This document shows positions 34,211 through 36,096 of a stretch of 36,096 nucleotides of DNA, in pieces. The position numbers and the translations under genes are program-made. The notes beneath the pieces were generated by a model that saw only the letters and a list, made by a program, of their open reading frames with translations, ran no database searches and was not told where the DNA came from. Source of the stretch: Haliangiales bacterium. GTDB taxonomy: Bacteria > Myxococcota_A > Polyangia > Haliangiales > Haliangiaceae. The stretch covers positions 1-36,096 of the forward strand of contig JBBQEX010000005.1 of the NCBI GenBank assembly GCA_038321315.1. The letters run 5' to 3'. The first letter of the stretch is position 1. Each line of letters starts with the position of its first letter.

Positions 34211-35250
34211 TACTGGACGGTAGCTTCGATCGTCGGCGCTGCGAAGCCTGCGACGCTCACCGCGATCTCCCACGTGCCGACCGCGCTGGTCGGCGCGGTC
34301 AGCGTGACGAGCCCGGTGGCCACGCCATCGATGACCTGGAGCTCGACCGGCGCGGCGATGAGGATCGGCACGCCGCCGATCTTCGTGGTCAGCCGCGCCT
34401 CGGCTGGATGGATCCCGACCGGCGCGGTGATCGTCAGGCCGACCTGGCCGCCCTTGACGACGGTGCACGCCGAGCCGCAGCTCAGGTGCGACGTGATCGT
34501 CGGCGGCGACAGCGCGATGTCGATCGGCGCCGAGCGGCCGTCGCCGACCTGTGCGGCGAGCGACCACCGGCTGCCGGCGGGGACGTCGATCGCGACGTTC
34601 GCCGTCGGTGACGCGACCACCGCGATCGGATCGGGCTGGGTGATCTGATCGATCGTCTGGAGGATCTCGACCGGCACGGCGATGTCGCCGGGGATCGAGA
34701 TCGTCGCGTGGACCTGGCCGACCGCGCCGGTCAGCGCGCACGCGAGCCCGGGCTGGCACTCGGCGAGCGCGAGCGCGATCGGCGGTGGCACGGTCGTGAA
34801 GATCGTCGGCGACTCGGTGCGAAAGCCCTCGCCCGCACCCGCCGCGATCCGCACGTCCGTCGACGATCCGGCTGGTGCGCGGAACGTGGCGAGGAAGAAC
34901 GCGCGGGTGCCGAGCCGCTGCTCGGGCGAGATGTCGACATGGACGTCGCGTGCGACGCCATCGACCACGACGTCGACCGTCGGGGTCGGCGCGACGGTGG
35001 TCGCCGCGAAGTCGACGTCGGGCCCGTAGTCGATGACGACCTCGACGAGATCGACGCCGGCGAACAGCGTCGGGAACGTCTCGGTGTCGCACACGTTGGG
35101 CACCGCGAGCTCGGCCGGCACCGGGTTGTCCGGCGTCATCAGCGCGAAGCAGCTGTCGGTGCGCTTCAGCACCGAGAGGATCGGCGTGACCGGCGCGGGG
35201 GCCTCGCATGCCGCGGTCACCAGCGCGACCGCGATCATTACTTTCATCAT
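34210..35250 (-). CDS. Hypothetical lipoprotein (beta-rich, probably Ig-like repeats)
   Basis: MMKVMIAVALVTAACEAP lipobox. A strong Shine-Dalgarno GAGGGAG precedes the ATG at 35248-35250. Repetitive Val/Thr/Ala/Ile beta-type sequence. Confidence 0.55.
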   Translation of the reverse strand: MMKVMIAVALVTAACEAPAPVTPILSVLKRTDSCFALMTPDNPVPAELAVPNVCDTETFPTLFAGVDLVEVVIDYGPDVDFAATTVAPTPTVDVVVDGVARDVHVDISPEQRLGTRAFFLATFRAPAGSSTDVRIAAGAGEGFRTESPTIFTTVPPPIALALAECQPGLACALTGAVGQVHATISIPGDIAVPVEILQTIDQITQPDPIAVVASPTANVAIDVPAGSRWSLAAQVGDGRSAPIDIALSPPTITSHLSCGSACTVVKGGQVGLTITAPVGIHPAEARLTTKIGGVPILIAAPVELQVIDGVATGLVTLTAPTSAVGTWEIAVSVAGFAAPTIEATVQ

Positions 35251-36096
35251 GGCTCCCTCGTGTTCGAGCTCGGCTGGACCGCGTGGCGGACCAGGTCGGG
35301 CAGGTTGAGCTGGATCGAGAAGCCGACGTACGGCGAGGCGATGATGTGGGCATCCTCCTCGGCGAGCGTGCTGCGCTTGCGGTCGAGCAGCGCGGCACCG
35401 AACGACAGCGACGTGTAGGGGATGACGTGCAGCGCGACGCCGAAGAACAGCGGCGGCAGCTTGCCCGGGCCGCCGAACCGCCCATCGGGGCCGAAGCCGT
35501 CGCCGGTCGGCGCGAGCCCGACCTCGAGCGCGATCGCGCGGCGCAGGTCGTGCGCCGTGACGCCGTGGCCCCACTGGACCTCGTGCACCGGGTTCGGGTC
35601 GAGGTGGAGCTCGACGCCGACGAAGCCGAGCCCGAACGACTCGTCGGTCCGCAGCACGCCGACCGCGCCGACCACCGGCGTCAGGTAGGAGAACACCCAG
35701 GTCGAGGTCTCGAACGAGATCCGCAGCGGCAGCGGCGCGGTGGTCGTCACGGTGACGACGCGGCGCGCGCGGGCCTGCAGCTTGTCGCGCGCGGCCTTCC
35801 ACGCGACGTCCTCCTTGACGAGATCGTCGAGGAGCTCGACCAGGCCGTCGAGGGCCTTGAGGTCGAGCTTGCGGCACGCGAGCCACTCGCCGAGGTGGCG
35901 ATCGGTCGAGGCCGGCGTGAGCTCGGCCTCGTCGTTGCCGATCGGGCCGGTGCGGCACTGCGCGGTCTGCGCGACCGACTCGGCGTACTGATCGAGGCGG
36001 CGCAGCTGCGCCAGCGCGCCGCCGAGGAACGCGGCGTCCTCGGCGGTCCACTCCTCGAGGCCGAGCGCGGCGACCCGGGCGGCGAGCGCGTCGAGC
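35247..36096 (-). CDS. Hypothetical protein; the 5' end lies beyond the window edge
   Basis: The minus-strand frame is open from 36096 down to the stop at 35247 (my own translation: …LDALAARVAALGLEEWTAED…QTAQCRTGPIGNDEAELTPASTD…). The ORF track reports only the part after the internal GTG at 35750. The stop overlaps the downstream ATGATG. Confidence 0.45.
   Translation of the reverse strand, partial: LDALAARVAALGLEEWTAEDAAFLGGALAQLRRLDQYAESVAQTAQCRTGPIGNDEAELTPASTDRHLGEWLACRKLDLKALDGLVELLDDLVKEDVAWKAARDKLQARARRVVTVTTTAPLPLRISFETSTWVFSYLTPVVGAVGVLRTDESFGLGFVGVELHLDPNPVHEVQWGHGVTAHDLRRAIALEVGLAPTGDGFGPDGRFGGPGKLPPLFFGVALHVIPYTSLSFGAALLDRKRSTLAEEDAHIIASPYVGFSIQLNLPDLVRHAVQPSSNTREP

Noticed and set aside
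1-36096. Mobile elements, prophage genes, rRNA or tRNA
   Set aside because: I recognised no transposase (DDE motif), integrase, capsid, terminase or tail protein. I saw no tRNA-like cloverleaf candidates or rRNA-like stretches. The region reads as ordinary chromosomal DNA, although a tRNA scan was not actually run.

Overview
This is a 36 kb, roughly 70% GC window with dense coding on both strands. I could support about 37 CDS from motif reading. I found no rRNA, tRNA, CRISPR array, transposase or integrase. One protein ends in a textbook MYXO-CTERM sorting tail (GCGC, hydrophobic stretch, RRRRR), so the source is almost certainly a myxobacterial chromosome (Myxococcota).

From left to right the window contains:
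- an FGE/SUMF1-domain gene running off the 5' edge, a tiny conserved protein, a lipoprotein and an M14 carboxypeptidase;
- a secretin (GspD-like) with no other secretion-system genes nearby, followed 7 nt later by a DUF481 outer-membrane protein;
- an M1 aminopeptidase N lipoprotein whose start overlaps the stop of an upstream HExxH plus SEC-C protein;
- a PhzF-family gene, then a beta-barrel outer-membrane protein gene that is frameshifted inside a G/C homopolymer run;
- a PPP-family metallophosphatase;
- an eight-gene, minus-strand, tightly packed cluster of secreted and envelope proteins: a Kelch lipoprotein, a DUF2330 protein with the MYXO-CTERM tail, a histidine phosphatase, two tandem paralogous Cys-rich TPR lipoproteins, a TraB/GumN (TIKI-like) lipoprotein, a zinc-ribbon membrane protein and a fatty-acid hydroxylase;
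- two small secreted proteins followed by a 46-bp tandem repeat (about 3.3 copies, each a hairpin) that fills a convergent intergenic gap;
- an AlkA-like glycosylase plus an NADP oxidoreductase operon, divergent from a NitT/TauT-type ABC transporter;
- a neighbourhood of a secreted vWA protein, a beta-helix lipoprotein, an unknown 392-aa protein and an AAA+ ATPase with a degenerate extra ATPase domain, then a DUF1304 protein and a CE4 deacetylase;
- exonuclease III (xth) coupled to a lipoprotein and a gene running off the 3' edge.

The three candidates I rank highest for undescribed biology are the TIKI/TraB plus tandem-paralog secreted cluster, the vWA plus tandem-AAA neighbourhood, and the HExxH/SEC-C plus pepN pair. 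All functional calls come from motifs read by eye; I ran no database search.
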